A DNA stretch of 64,000 nt from Candidatus Poribacteria bacterium. Lineage in GTDB: Bacteria > Poribacteria > WGA-4E > WGA-3G. The position numbers and the translations under genes were made by a program. Numbering within the stretch: the stretch's first letter is position 1; every line of letters starts with the position of its first letter. The DNA is taken from the NCBI GenBank assembly GCA_965198235.1, contig OZ240248.1, forward strand, positions 192,001 through 256,000, in the 5' to 3' direction. Positions 49,631 through 59,948 of this stretch are shown in pieces. The notes beneath the pieces are model-generated. The model was not told where the DNA came from and did no database searches. It saw only the letters and a program-made list of their open reading frames with translations.

Positions 49631-51664
49631 ATGAAAAGCGCAATTGTTAATCGAAAAATCTTGGTAGTGATTTTAGGTGTTGTGTTGATAGGCATCGGCA
49701 CGCAGGGCATTAGTTATGGTCAAACTGCGGACGAGTATCCGCCAGCAGTAACTATCGAACTACTCAAGGACGGAATTAAAATAGGCTTTGGAACACACGG
49801 AAGATTTTCCGTTTTTAACGTAACGAACCGCAGTACTGCTTCTACTGATTCAGTTCGCGACTCCAAATGGCAGAGGCGGGATGATTCAACGAGCCCCTGG
49901 GTTGATGTTCCTGATTCAGAAAAAGCTACCGGATTATACGGCTATGTGGTAACGCTTCCCGGTGAATACAGATGGGTTGGCGAGGTTAACCACAATAGTG
50001 TATGGGGAAAATACGCCAGCGGGAATATTCTTCAGCTCACGCCAGACGGAACAGTGACGAGCAGTCTAGCAGAAGTAGAGGGTGTCCCGAGCGACCCACA
50101 CAAACTGGCACTTGAGGGGCATACGGATGGTGTCCTTTCCGTAGCGTTCTCCCCTGATGGTCGCACGTTAGCGAGTGGGGGTCGGGACAGGACGATTCGG
50201 TTGTGGGATACTGAAACCGGACAACACAAACTGACGCTTGAGGGGCATACAAATGGTGTCACTTGCTTAGCGTTTTCTCCCGATGGTCGCACGTTAGCGA
50301 GTGGGAGTTGGGACGATACGGTTCGGTTGTGGGACGCGAAAACAGGGCAACACCTGCAGACACTTGAGGAGCACACGGATGGTGTCCGTTCTGTAGTGTT
50401 TTCTCCCGATGGTCGCACGTTAGCGAGTGGGGGTTATGACAATAAGCTTCGGTTGTGGGATACTGAAACCGGACAACACAAGCCGGCACTTGAAGGGCAT
50501 ACGGATTATATCCGTTCTGTAGTGTTCTCTCCCGACGGTAGCACGTTAGCGAGTGGGAGTTATGACAGGACGCTTCGGTTGTGGGATGCTGAAACCGGCG
50601 AACACAAGCTGACGCTTGAGGGGCATACGGATGGTGTCCTTTCCGTAGGATTCTCTCCTGATGGGCGCACGTTAGCGAGTGGGAGTTATGACAGGACGCT
50701 TCGGTTGTGGGATGCTGACACTGGAGAACACAAACTGACGCTTGAGGCGGATATGGATTATGTCAATTCCGTAGCGTTTTCTCCCGATGGTCGCACGTTA
50801 GTGAGTGGGGGTTATGTCAATACAATTCTGTTTTATGACGATACACTTCGGTTGTGGGATGCGAAAACCGGGCAACACCTGCAGACGCTTAGAGGGCACA
50901 GGCGTGGTGTCACTTCCGTGGCCTTCTCCCGGGATGGTAGCATGCTGGCGAGTGGGAGTTATGACAATACGATTCAGGTGTGGGAACTGACACCCGCTAC
51001 GCCCACTGTCGAACCATCTCAACCCGCTACGCCTGCCGGCGAACCAGTCCAACTCGCAGGCGATCTCAACACCGACGGTGTCGTCAATATCCAAGATCTC
51101 GTCCTCGTTGCGTCGCAGTTCGGACAAACCGGGCAGACTGCGGCGGACATCAATGAAGATGGTGTGGTCAACATTCAAGACTTGGTCTTGGTGGCAGGGG
51201 CGTTCGATACGACTGCGTCGGCACCCACTGCGCATCCACAAGTCGTTGAGATGCCCACCGCAGGAGAGGTCCAGGGGTGGTTGCGCGATGCAAAGCAATT
51301 TGAACATAAAGATCCAACGACGGCAAGAGGGATCGAGATGCTTAAAGACCTCTTGGCACTTCTGATGCCAGCAGAAACCGCTTTGTTGCACAACTACCCG
51401 AACCCGTTCAATCCAGAGACGTGGATCCCCTACCAGTTAAAAACACCCGCAGCGGTTCGCATCGCGATTTACAACCCGCGTGGCGTTCTGGTGCGTGAAC
51501 TGTCGCTCGGGTATCAGGTAGCGGGGCGGTATACCTCGCGCGCGCGGGCAGCGTATTGGGACGGCCGGAATACAGTCGGCGAACCGGTCGCCAGTGGCCT
51601 GTATTTTTACACGCTTACCGCCGGGGATTTCTCAGCGACGCGGCGGATGGTGATTTTGAAGTAG
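49631..51664 (+). CDS. Secreted WD40 repeat protein with dockerin-like and FlgD-Ig/T9SS-like C-terminal domains
   Basis: Seven GH..SVAFSPDG..LASG..D..RLWD repeats; two D.N.DGVVNIQDLVLVA; NYPNPFNPETWIPY tail. Confidence 0.88.
   Translation: MKSAIVNRKILVVILGVVLIGIGTQGISYGQTADEYPPAVTIELLKDGIKIGFGTHGRFSVFNVTNRSTASTDSVRDSKWQRRDDSTSPWVDVPDSEKATGLYGYVVTLPGEYRWVGEVNHNSVWGKYASGNILQLTPDGTVTSSLAEVEGVPSDPHKLALEGHTDGVLSVAFSPDGRTLASGGRDRTIRLWDTETGQHKLTLEGHTNGVTCLAFSPDGRTLASGSWDDTVRLWDAKTGQHLQTLEEHTDGVRSVVFSPDGRTLASGGYDNKLRLWDTETGQHKPALEGHTDYIRSVVFSPDGSTLASGSYDRTLRLWDAETGEHKLTLEGHTDGVLSVGFSPDGRTLASGSYDRTLRLWDADTGEHKLTLEADMDYVNSVAFSPDGRTLVSGGYVNTILFYDDTLRLWDAKTGQHLQTLRGHRRGVTSVAFSRDGSMLASGSYDNTIQVWELTPATPTVEPSQPATPAGEPVQLAGDLNTDGVVNIQDLVLVASQFGQTGQTAADINEDGVVNIQDLVLVAGAFDTTASAPTAHPQVVEMPTAGEVQGWLRDAKQFEHKDPTTARGIEMLKDLLALLMPAETALLHNYPNPFNPETWIPYQLKTPAAVRIAIYNPRGVLVRELSLGYQVAGRYTSRARAAYWDGRNTVGEPVASGLYFYTLTAGDFSATRRMVILK
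50100..50990 (+). repeat. ~126-bp tandem DNA repeats encoding the WD40 blades
   Basis: Recurrent CGCACGTTAGCGAGTGGG...CGGTTGTGGGA. Confidence 0.8.
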
Positions 51665-51687
51665 CGGCGTTATGGGTGCGCGTATGA

Positions 51688-52440
51688 GGAGAGTTTGGGG
51701 GCTACGACCGAAAAGGACCTCGGGGTGCGTTCAGATATAAAAAGAACGTCGAGATGTATGACACAGGAACCGACACATGGGTCAAAAAACGGGATATGCC
51801 AACGCTGCGTGACCACTTCACCATCGCGATCGTTGATGGAAAGATATACATCATCGGTGGGCGTGTTCACGATAAAAGACTTGATGAGCCTGTGGTAACA
51901 GGTCTCGTTGAGGTCTACGATCCGTTAACCAATAAATGGGAGAAGCGCGCAGACATGCCGACAGAACGAGAGGTGACCGATGCTGCCGTTGTAGACGGTA
52001 AAATTTATGTTCTTGGCGGTTATGATAGGCGGAGGGCACCCCGCCTTGCCGAACGTTTTGTTAGAAGTATTGAAGAATATAATCCGAAAACCGACGAATG
52101 GTATCAGCTCCCTGATATGCCAATGTTCAGAGGTTGGTTTGCATCCGTTGCCGTCGATAATGAGATTTATACAATAGGTGGTATTAATCGGGAAATTAAT
52201 CGCATCGGTGATGTTGATGTTTATAATCCAAGCGTTAACAAATGGCGTAAAATAGAGCCAATGACGATCCCAAAAACGACAAGAGCAGTTGTTGTTAAGG
52301 GTACCATCTATGCCTTAGGTGGTCTTGAAAATGGTGGTAAATTGTCGCCAATCGTTGAGGCGTTTGACACCGGTTTTCTGGCAGTTGACCCAAAAGACAA
52401 ACTACTGACACGCTGGGGTGAACTGAAAAAATCCCAGTAA
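51688..52440 (+). pseudogene. 5'-truncated Kelch-repeat protein with LTRWG tail
   Basis: Kelch frame continues upstream of ATG 51754 (FGGYDRKG..VEMYD) to an in-frame stop; no signal peptide. Confidence 0.7.
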
Positions 52441-52446
52441 ACTATA

Positions 52447-52630
52447 TAACCCGAGTTGCCACCTATAGGATTTTAGGTAGGCAGACATTGTGTTTCATGA
52501 AAGAGGTCTGCGCAAGCCTATAGGAAACCTGCGGGACAATATCCGTAGAGGTCTTGTAGCGTAAACTTTCAGTTTGCGCACGGATATGCACAATCTAAAA
52601 GATTATGCTACAAAATGGCAACTTAGGTTA
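52447..52630. mobile_element. MITE-like element
   Basis: TIR TAACCCGAGTTGCCA / TGGCAACTTAGGTTA; contains an inverted GTAGC REP pair. Confidence 0.6.
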
Positions 52631-52838
52631 TTAGAGTCTGTGCGAGCAGCTTTCGTACCTATCCAGTTTATCAAAAAAATAGAAATGTGATATACTGTTT
52701 CATGTCAAGGAAAACATTATGCAGTAAATTATTTAATTTTCTCGCCTACCTAAGCGTGTCGATTAAATTGCTCGTGAGATAACTTATGATGGGAATGTGG
52801 GGACAACCAAATCTGTTCGCGCACCGTGGAGGATCCTG

Positions 52839-53762
52839 ATGGTAGAAAACGATGTTCAACTGATCCATAGAATTTTGTCAGACGATGACGAGGCATTTAG
52901 CATCTTGGTCCAAAAGTACCAAAAGAGTGTTCATGCCCTTGCGTGGCGGAAAGTTAACGATTTTCACTATGCTGAGGAAATTACGCAAGATACCTTCCTC
53001 CAAGCATATAAAAAACTCTCGACCCTCAAAAACCCTAACCAATTTGCGGGGTGGCTCTATGTCATTGCAAATCGACTCTGTATTAATTGGCTCAACAGAC
53101 ACAAACCCGCGATGCAATCGCTGGAGGACACGCCTATGGAAGAAATAGAGGAATCCGCTTATAACCATCATGCCGCAGAACAGCGCGAAGCGGAAGGCAC
53201 CACGTATCGCTATGAAATCGCCCAAAAACTTCTCTCCAAACTGCCGGAGAGTGAACGCACAGTCATGACGCTCTACTATCTTGGTGAAATGACAGCGAAG
53301 GAGATTAGCAAATTCTTAGGCGTCTCCGTAAACACGATTACAAGTCGACTGCGGCGGGCGCGAGAACGTTTACGTCAGGACCAAGAACGCTTGGTTCAGG
53401 AAGTGCTCGGCGGCGTGCAGTTATCCACCAACCTCACCGAGAACATCATGCGGCAGGTCGCCGACGTGAAACCGATACCGCCTCCGGTAGCGAAACCGTT
53501 GCTCCCGTGGGGTGCTTTTGGTATCGCGAGCCTTCTGATTGCCTTGCTGTTAGGCGTGGCCGGCGAATACCTCGTCCGCTTTCAGAGACCGTACAGTTTT
53601 GAGGTAGTCTCCGAACCCACCGTTGAAATTGTTGACACTTTTATCGTTCTCGATGTCGATTCAAAACCCGATGTTCGGTTAAAATTCATAATTCATCCAT
53701 TTTTTTCATATTATGCACCCTTTCCGTCCGTAAAGTGTGTCTTTAATAATGGGGGAATATGA
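52839..53762 (+). pseudogene. ECF sigma-70 factor + TM, extracellular domain deleted
   Basis: Sigma2/sigma4 regions and TM present; homology to the 54327 paralog stops at DSKPDVR. Confidence 0.75.
53708..53756 (+). promoter_or_regulatory. Shared ECF-type promoter motif
   Basis: ATTATGCACCC...AAGTGTGTCTTTAATAAT. Confidence 0.6.
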
Positions 53763-53797
53763 TTACAACGACCTTTAAGATAAAGGAACATATTCGG

Positions 53798-54337
53798 ATG
53801 AGCCTTGCCAACAAAACGTTAGTGTTAGTCGGGGGCTTAGCGTTTGGTTTTCTGTTGTCCTATGCCCAAGGGCTTGTCCCGCAGGACACGCGAACCGAGG
53901 AAAACGCTGTATCACTGAACCCTAATCGACGAACTGCACAAACCGGAAAAGCCGCCACAGTGATCTTAATTGTTAACGCTGCCGACGGGATAATTGGCAA
54001 CGGTAGTGGTTTCTTCGTTCGACGGGATCTGGTTGTTACCAGCGTTCACGTCCTTGCTGGCATTTATGGAGAGTCCCATAATTGGGAGGTAAAGTCGGTT
54101 AACCAACCGATACGGCACACTATCAAAGGTGTCGTGGCGAGCGATCCGGAGCACGATCTGGTTATCTTAAAGGTGGAAGGTAAAGAAGCAGGGGTTCTCC
54201 AACTCGGGGATAGTGATACAATGAAACTTGGCGAAAAGGTTATCGCCGTGGGCACCCACGGGAGTACCCACAAGAATGCGCTGGGTGAGCGCGATCATAT
54301 CTGTTCGCGCATCATGGAGGATCCTGATGGCAGATAA
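53798..54337 (+). pseudogene. 3'-truncated trypsin-like (S1C) serine protease
   Basis: GSGFFV, VTSVHV and HDLVIL present; catalytic GxSGG absent. Confidence 0.7.
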
Positions 54338-57300
54338 CGATGTCCAACTGATCCGAAGAATTTTATCAGGCGACGATGAAGCATTTGGTGTCTTGATCCA
54401 TAAATACCGAAAGGGTGTTCATGCCCTTATATGGCGGAAGATTGGCGATTTTCACTACGCTGAAGAAATTACGCAAGACGTTTTTCTTCAGGTATACAAG
54501 AAGCTTTCAACGCTCAAGAATCCCAATCAATTTGCCGGGTGGCTCTATGTCATTGTGGATCGGCTCTGTATTAATTGGCTCCAAAGACACAAACCTGCGG
54601 TACAATCGCTGGAGGCAACAAGTGCAAAAGAGATAGAGGAATTCTCTTATACCTGTTATGTATCCGAGCAACGCGAAACAGAATCGCTTGATCGTCGGCA
54701 TGCAGTCGTCAAGAAGTTGCTGAAGAAGCTACCGGAGAGTGAACGCACAGTGGTGACACTCTACTATCTCGGCGATATGACAACAAAGGAGATTGGCAAA
54801 TTCCTCGGTGTATCCGTGAACACGATTAAGAGTCGGCTCCGCCGGGCGCGGAAACGTTTATTGGATGACCAAGAACTCTTAGTTCAAAAGGTTCTCGGCG
54901 GTGTACAGTTATCGGAAAATCTAACAAGCCATATCATGCGACAGATCGCCGACATAAAACCAATACCACCTCCGGCTGCGAAACCGCTGTTCCCATGGGT
55001 TGCTTTCGGTACCGCTACCCTTCTAATCACTTTGCTGTTAGGCGCGAGCCAACCCTACCTCACCCGTTTTCAACAACCCTATAGTTTCGAGGCAGAATCC
55101 GAGCCGACCATCGAAATTATTGATGTGCCTTTTACGCTTAATATTGATTCAAAACCGAGTGTCCGGAATCAGGCCGGAAGTGCTGTATCCCCGGGTAAAA
55201 ACAACAGTGCCGGTTTACAGTCTTCTGAAGCGCATTTGACGACCGCTACGGAAACGGATGTGCCCGCTAAATTCTCTACAGCGCAGTGGACACAGGCAAG
55301 TGGCCCCCAAGGGACCCCAATCTTTGATACCTTTGCTGCGTCTGATGGCACACTCTACATTGACACACAAACAGGTATCTACAGATTGACAGCGGATACA
55401 CCTGCATGGACACGCATCAACGCGAATATCCCAACCCCTGGGGGCTATATGTCTATGGCAGAGCATAGCGGCACCCTCTATATCGTTTCTGATGATGAAA
55501 TCTTCACTTCGAGTGATGATGGCGAGACATGGGACGTCTTTTGTCCTCGACCAGAGGGAGATCATCATGTTGGGCTGATCGTAACCGATGCGCCGCAAAT
55601 CACTCCTTCACGAACAGGCATTGCAATGTATCTTGCGTTTCGAGATGAAGGTATTTTCCGATCTACGGATGCTGGCACACGATGGAACTCGTTTAACGAA
55701 GGGTTGTCAGGTAAACGCATTCGCGCAGTGGCAGAAATTGGAAGCGTGGTATTTGCTGGCACAAACAGGGGACTCTACCGTCTCGGCGCAGATCGTTGGG
55801 AGCAGGTGCCAGTGGAAACCTTCAAAACTCCCCGATCCTTTGAAACTGAGGCGTTTGCTGACGTAGACAGCGGATTCTATCGTCTCAACGCAGAACGATG
55901 GGAGCAAGTGCCGGTGCAATTCTCCAATGCTATCCATTTCCTGAAGGTCTTTGAAAACAATCTCTATGTTGGCGTCGGTTCGGATCTGTCTATGTGGCAC
56001 TCGCCTGAAACGAAAAGAGGGATAATAGTAAATCCAAAAGCACTCAGAGGGGCGATTTTCCACTCAGTTGACTTCGGTAAATCGTGGACGGAGATAACGC
56101 CTAAAAATGAGCCTCTCTTTTTTACGGCAAGCACGGAGATAGAGTTCTGGGTTGCTGGCGAGACGCTCATCTTACACGGTTCTGAGCAATTTCGGTCAAC
56201 GGATGCGGGGAAAACTTGGACAAAACTTGATGTTAACACACGTTCCTTAACAGGTCTTAATTCGCGACATATAGGCGTAAACGGTAGGACTTTTTATGCG
56301 GTTGGAACGAACGGGATTTATCAAACCATTGACACCGGTGAATCGTGGCACCCATTTATGGATGGAATCATAGGAACGAAGATAGGAAGTTTGGTGGCAT
56401 TCAACAACCGACTCTATGCGTATACCTACAGTGATATTGCCCAATCAACCGATGCAGGTGAATCGTGGAAAAGCGTTCTGGTGGATTCCAAATCCACACA
56501 GGAAGAGCGGTCTCCCGTTGATTTCTCTTCTAATTCAAACTTGGTGGTCGTAGAGGGTGAGCTTTATGCGATTGCGTCTGAAAAAGAGAATCTGCGTATT
56601 TACCGCTTGTCTACGGATGCCAATGTCTTCGCGCCAGTTCAAGGAATACCCGCTTTTCATACAGAAATACTGTCCACCGAATTATGGAAATCTATTACGG
56701 AAGCCAAATATTTCTCTTTCTTTGATGACGTAGAAATGGATTCTCGGTTGATGAAGGCATTGCGTAGTGCTGCGACCCGTGCGACAACCGGTGGATTTGC
56801 GATCAGTGATGGGACGTTCTACGTGGAATACCAGCGAGTGCTTTTCAAATTGAAAACCGGCGATTCGGAATGGACGAATACGGGATTAATAGACCTCACC
56901 GAACGGTCATCAAGGGGTACACCTTGGAGACAAGGATTCCGGTTGGCTGCTTCAGGGGAGACCGTCTATGTCGGAAAACGAGATGGCACACTGTTTCAAT
57001 CACTTGATGAGGGAGACAGTTGGAGAGATATTACACCGAATCTTCCACTCCACTTTACCCACTTCAAAGAGATCGTCTTTATCGGGTCAACGGTTTACGT
57101 CGCAACGGACGCAGGTGTCTTGGCTTCACAGAACGGCGAACACTGGCGCGTGCTCACCGATGAAATGGGGACCCGTCCCGTCATAGATAGATTCACTGTC
57201 GATCATACCAACGTTTATGGTGCTGGTAATGCAGGGGTCTATCGCTTGGATGACTATAGCAAGTGGGAACAGATTTCTCCAAGTATTCGGGGTACAATTG

Positions 57301-57386
57301 ACGCGCTTGTCGTCGGTAATAATAAACTTTACATTGATCTTGAGCAAGGTGGGATGTCTCATATCCCGCTTGAAGAATTACAATAG
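54327..57386 (+). CDS. ECF sigma-70 factor fused to a TM helix and extracellular BNR/Asp-box propeller
   Basis: AEEITQDVFL, LPESERTVVTLYY..KSRLRRAR, TM helix, repeated S.D.G..W; RBS GGAGG. Confidence 0.85.
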   Translation: MADNDVQLIRRILSGDDEAFGVLIHKYRKGVHALIWRKIGDFHYAEEITQDVFLQVYKKLSTLKNPNQFAGWLYVIVDRLCINWLQRHKPAVQSLEATSAKEIEEFSYTCYVSEQRETESLDRRHAVVKKLLKKLPESERTVVTLYYLGDMTTKEIGKFLGVSVNTIKSRLRRARKRLLDDQELLVQKVLGGVQLSENLTSHIMRQIADIKPIPPPAAKPLFPWVAFGTATLLITLLLGASQPYLTRFQQPYSFEAESEPTIEIIDVPFTLNIDSKPSVRNQAGSAVSPGKNNSAGLQSSEAHLTTATETDVPAKFSTAQWTQASGPQGTPIFDTFAASDGTLYIDTQTGIYRLTADTPAWTRINANIPTPGGYMSMAEHSGTLYIVSDDEIFTSSDDGETWDVFCPRPEGDHHVGLIVTDAPQITPSRTGIAMYLAFRDEGIFRSTDAGTRWNSFNEGLSGKRIRAVAEIGSVVFAGTNRGLYRLGADRWEQVPVETFKTPRSFETEAFADVDSGFYRLNAERWEQVPVQFSNAIHFLKVFENNLYVGVGSDLSMWHSPETKRGIIVNPKALRGAIFHSVDFGKSWTEITPKNEPLFFTASTEIEFWVAGETLILHGSEQFRSTDAGKTWTKLDVNTRSLTGLNSRHIGVNGRTFYAVGTNGIYQTIDTGESWHPFMDGIIGTKIGSLVAFNNRLYAYTYSDIAQSTDAGESWKSVLVDSKSTQEERSPVDFSSNSNLVVVEGELYAIASEKENLRIYRLSTDANVFAPVQGIPAFHTEILSTELWKSITEAKYFSFFDDVEMDSRLMKALRSAATRATTGGFAISDGTFYVEYQRVLFKLKTGDSEWTNTGLIDLTERSSRGTPWRQGFRLAASGETVYVGKRDGTLFQSLDEGDSWRDITPNLPLHFTHFKEIVFIGSTVYVATDAGVLASQNGEHWRVLTDEMGTRPVIDRFTVDHTNVYGAGNAGVYRLDDYSKWEQISPSIRGTIDALVVGNNKLYIDLEQGGMSHIPLEELQ

Positions 57387-57409
57387 ATGCAGTTTCCGAA
57401 TTTCCACCT

Positions 57410-57920
57410 GCCGCCCTGATAAGGGGAATTTAGGGGATTGAGAATTCCCGCTGCCAATTGACCACCGCTTCCCGCTGGCGAGGTTTCCTAACCTCAATTC
57501 TTCCGTCCAAACCCCACACCGGTCGCTGGCGAGGGTTCTTGGGGAAAAAGAAACGCCCAAGCAAAAACCCCTATCAAAAACACCTCGACTCTTCTGTTGC
57601 GATCTCCCGATCGCGCCCCTTGAAGCTTCTTGTGGGAGGGGTTTGTAACCCCGACCTCTTTCATCATCCGATGCATCTGCGATTCAGACGAACATCGCTG
57701 GGGTTCTCATTTCCCACCGACCACTGACAACCCTCCTCTGTAGGAGCGAGTGTTTTTGCTTGGGTATTTTCCCATGCTCGCGATATCTTTCCTATATTTA
57801 CAGAGATGTCACCCCTATGGGGTTCAAGATAATCACCGAGACGTATTTCTACACAGATGGGGTTCTCCTCTGGGGCTGACGGCTGATGGCTGATGGCTGA
57901 CTCCTGACCGCCGACTCCTG
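57410..57920. repeat. Dense cluster of REP-like palindromes and GCTGA(C/T)G heptamers
   Basis: At least five repeat families also seen elsewhere in the window. Confidence 0.7.
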
Positions 57921-57930
57921 ATTTTTTACA

Positions 57931-57978
57931 TTTTATGCAAGTTTTCCCTCCAAAATTGTGTCTTTAGTAATTGAAAGG
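57931..57978 (+). promoter_or_regulatory. Shared ECF-type promoter motif
   Basis: TTTATGCAAG...AATTGTGTCTTTAGTAATTGAAAGG. Confidence 0.6.
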
Positions 57979-58237
57979 TATCGTGTACCACGTTCAGGTG
58001 GGTTTACGCTTTGAATTCTATGTGCTACAACTTGAGGTGAGGCGCGTAAACAACGCCTCCCTGCAGACCTTTGCGATAATGTGCTGAGTGTGGCGGACAC
58101 CAACAGCATTTTCATGGAATAGGATGAATGTCTGCTATGTCCGCTTAGGAACCTTTCAAAAACGGCGGTGTGTTATTGGATAGAGAATCGGACAGAAATT
58201 GTCACCCTATACCAATCAATTTAATGGAGAGACTTTA

Positions 58238-59683
58238 ATGTTAATAACCTTGATTCAGAAAGAGATGATGCATCATATCCTGAGTGCTCGGTTTGTTGCG
58301 CTACTGCTGATGTGTGTCCTGCTGATCCCGCTCAACTTCCATATCAACTACCGTCGTTATCTCCAACGCCAAGTCGACTATCAAGAAGCCATCGAAAAGG
58401 AAAACAATAAGGACCTGGCGGAGCAACCTTGGAAACAGAGGAAGACGACAGACCCGAATCTTGAAGTTTCCAAGCTGATTCTTAAACCTACGCCTTTAAG
58501 TGTGTTCGCGACCGGTTTAGAATCTGCCCTTCCGAGTTATCTCGGTATGACACGCAACGGAATAACGCGGGGAGAAGCGGCACTGTCTACCGCGCCGATC
58601 GCCTTTCTTTTGGGGCATCTCGACTTTGTGTTCGTTGTCAGTACCGTCTTTAGTCTACTCGCGCTACTATTCACCTTTGATGCAGTCGCAGGCGAAAGAG
58701 AAGCAGGAACACTTCGGATAACCCTCGCCAACGCGCTACCACGCGATATCTTTTTGTGGAGCAAACTCATCGGTGGATACCTCGTATTCATCCTTCCGTT
58801 CTTAATCTCGTTAATCATCGGCTTGCTCGTGTTGGTCTGGCAGGGGTTCCCGTTGGCTGAACCGGAAATTTTTCCGCACGTCCTCTGCCTTGTCCTCGTC
58901 TCGCTGCTCTACATTGCTGTCTTTTTTGCAATGGGAGCGGTAATTTCAATTTATTTTGACAGTTCCAAGACAGCACTCATCGTCGCCTTTACCATTTGGG
59001 TGTTCGCTGTCCTCATTTTACCTCGGGTTGGCTTTCTCGCGGCGCAAATCGTCACGCCGACTTCAACAACAGCAGAAAGCGTCTACAGGGAAAAGGCAGC
59101 GAGGCGCGCAGAAATGCGTCTCTCCCTCGAAGCGAAAAGAGGCGAAATCATGGGTAAAATGATACAGGAATCTAATGCTAATGCCCTGCAGGGAGGGAAA
59201 ACGACAGGCTTCTTTAGGTTAGATGAAGAATTTGTCGACAAAATGAATGAGGAGATGGCACCTCTTGAAGAGGAATTTCGGTTGAAATACCAAGATCTCG
59301 CGACGCAACTCGACAGGCGTTATCAGCAAGAAAGAAAACACCAAGATGCAATCGGCATAAACTTTTCGCGAATCACGCCTACGGCTTCCTTCATTTTTCT
59401 GGCGACGGACACCACGCAAACCGGTCAAGTGAAAAGGAATACCTACTTCAAAACAGGGACTCGCTACTATGAGACACTCGATATGGAAATGTTCAGCAAA
59501 ATGTCAGAGGCGGCTCTTATCCAGGCAGAAGGAATCCCGGACCCGATGCTACCCCCGCTGCTCTCAGAGTTAAGCTTAGAGGAGACGCTGCAGCACGCCG
59601 CCCTGGATTTGCTATTGCTCTGCTTTTTCGCAGGTGGGTTTGCAACCGTGGCGTTCCTGAAATTCTTCCGTATGGATATTTGA
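58238..59683 (+). CDS. ABC transporter permease subunit (ABC2_membrane-like)
   Basis: LIQKEM, FDAVAGEREAGTLRITLAN..R...LWSKL, C-terminal FFRMDI. Confidence 0.8.
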   Translation: MLITLIQKEMMHHILSARFVALLLMCVLLIPLNFHINYRRYLQRQVDYQEAIEKENNKDLAEQPWKQRKTTDPNLEVSKLILKPTPLSVFATGLESALPSYLGMTRNGITRGEAALSTAPIAFLLGHLDFVFVVSTVFSLLALLFTFDAVAGEREAGTLRITLANALPRDIFLWSKLIGGYLVFILPFLISLIIGLLVLVWQGFPLAEPEIFPHVLCLVLVSLLYIAVFFAMGAVISIYFDSSKTALIVAFTIWVFAVLILPRVGFLAAQIVTPTSTTAESVYREKAARRAEMRLSLEAKRGEIMGKMIQESNANALQGGKTTGFFRLDEEFVDKMNEEMAPLEEEFRLKYQDLATQLDRRYQQERKHQDAIGINFSRITPTASFIFLATDTTQTGQVKRNTYFKTGTRYYETLDMEMFSKMSEAALIQAEGIPDPMLPPLLSELSLEETLQHAALDLLLLCFFAGGFATVAFLKFFRMDI

Positions 59684-59948
59684 ACGGAGAACGTCAGAGT
59701 TTGGAATTATGAGGGAATTTAACGTCTTGGCATTCCACTTCCTCCACAATGACTTCGGTGGTAAGGAACTTTGGGAAAATAATAACGTAACCAAATCGAT
59801 GCTCCGCGGTCCCCTTGCAACCGGCGGAGAAACCGAGTTTGGCGAGAAATTTGAAGGCAGGTGGGAAGAGCTTATAAACGGTGTGCTTGCCTCTAATAAA
59901 TTGGTTTATTGAGGCTTCTTGTTTGGCCAATCCAATGGGAGGACAAAA

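Noticed and set aside
50100-50990. Diversity-generating retroelement TR/VR pair
   Set aside because: The repeats are in-frame WD40 blades, differences are not adenine-specific, and no RT gene is in the window
52717-52790. TTATGCAG...GTGTC upstream of the first sigma as an autoregulatory promoter
   Set aside because: The spacing is far longer than in the four good copies
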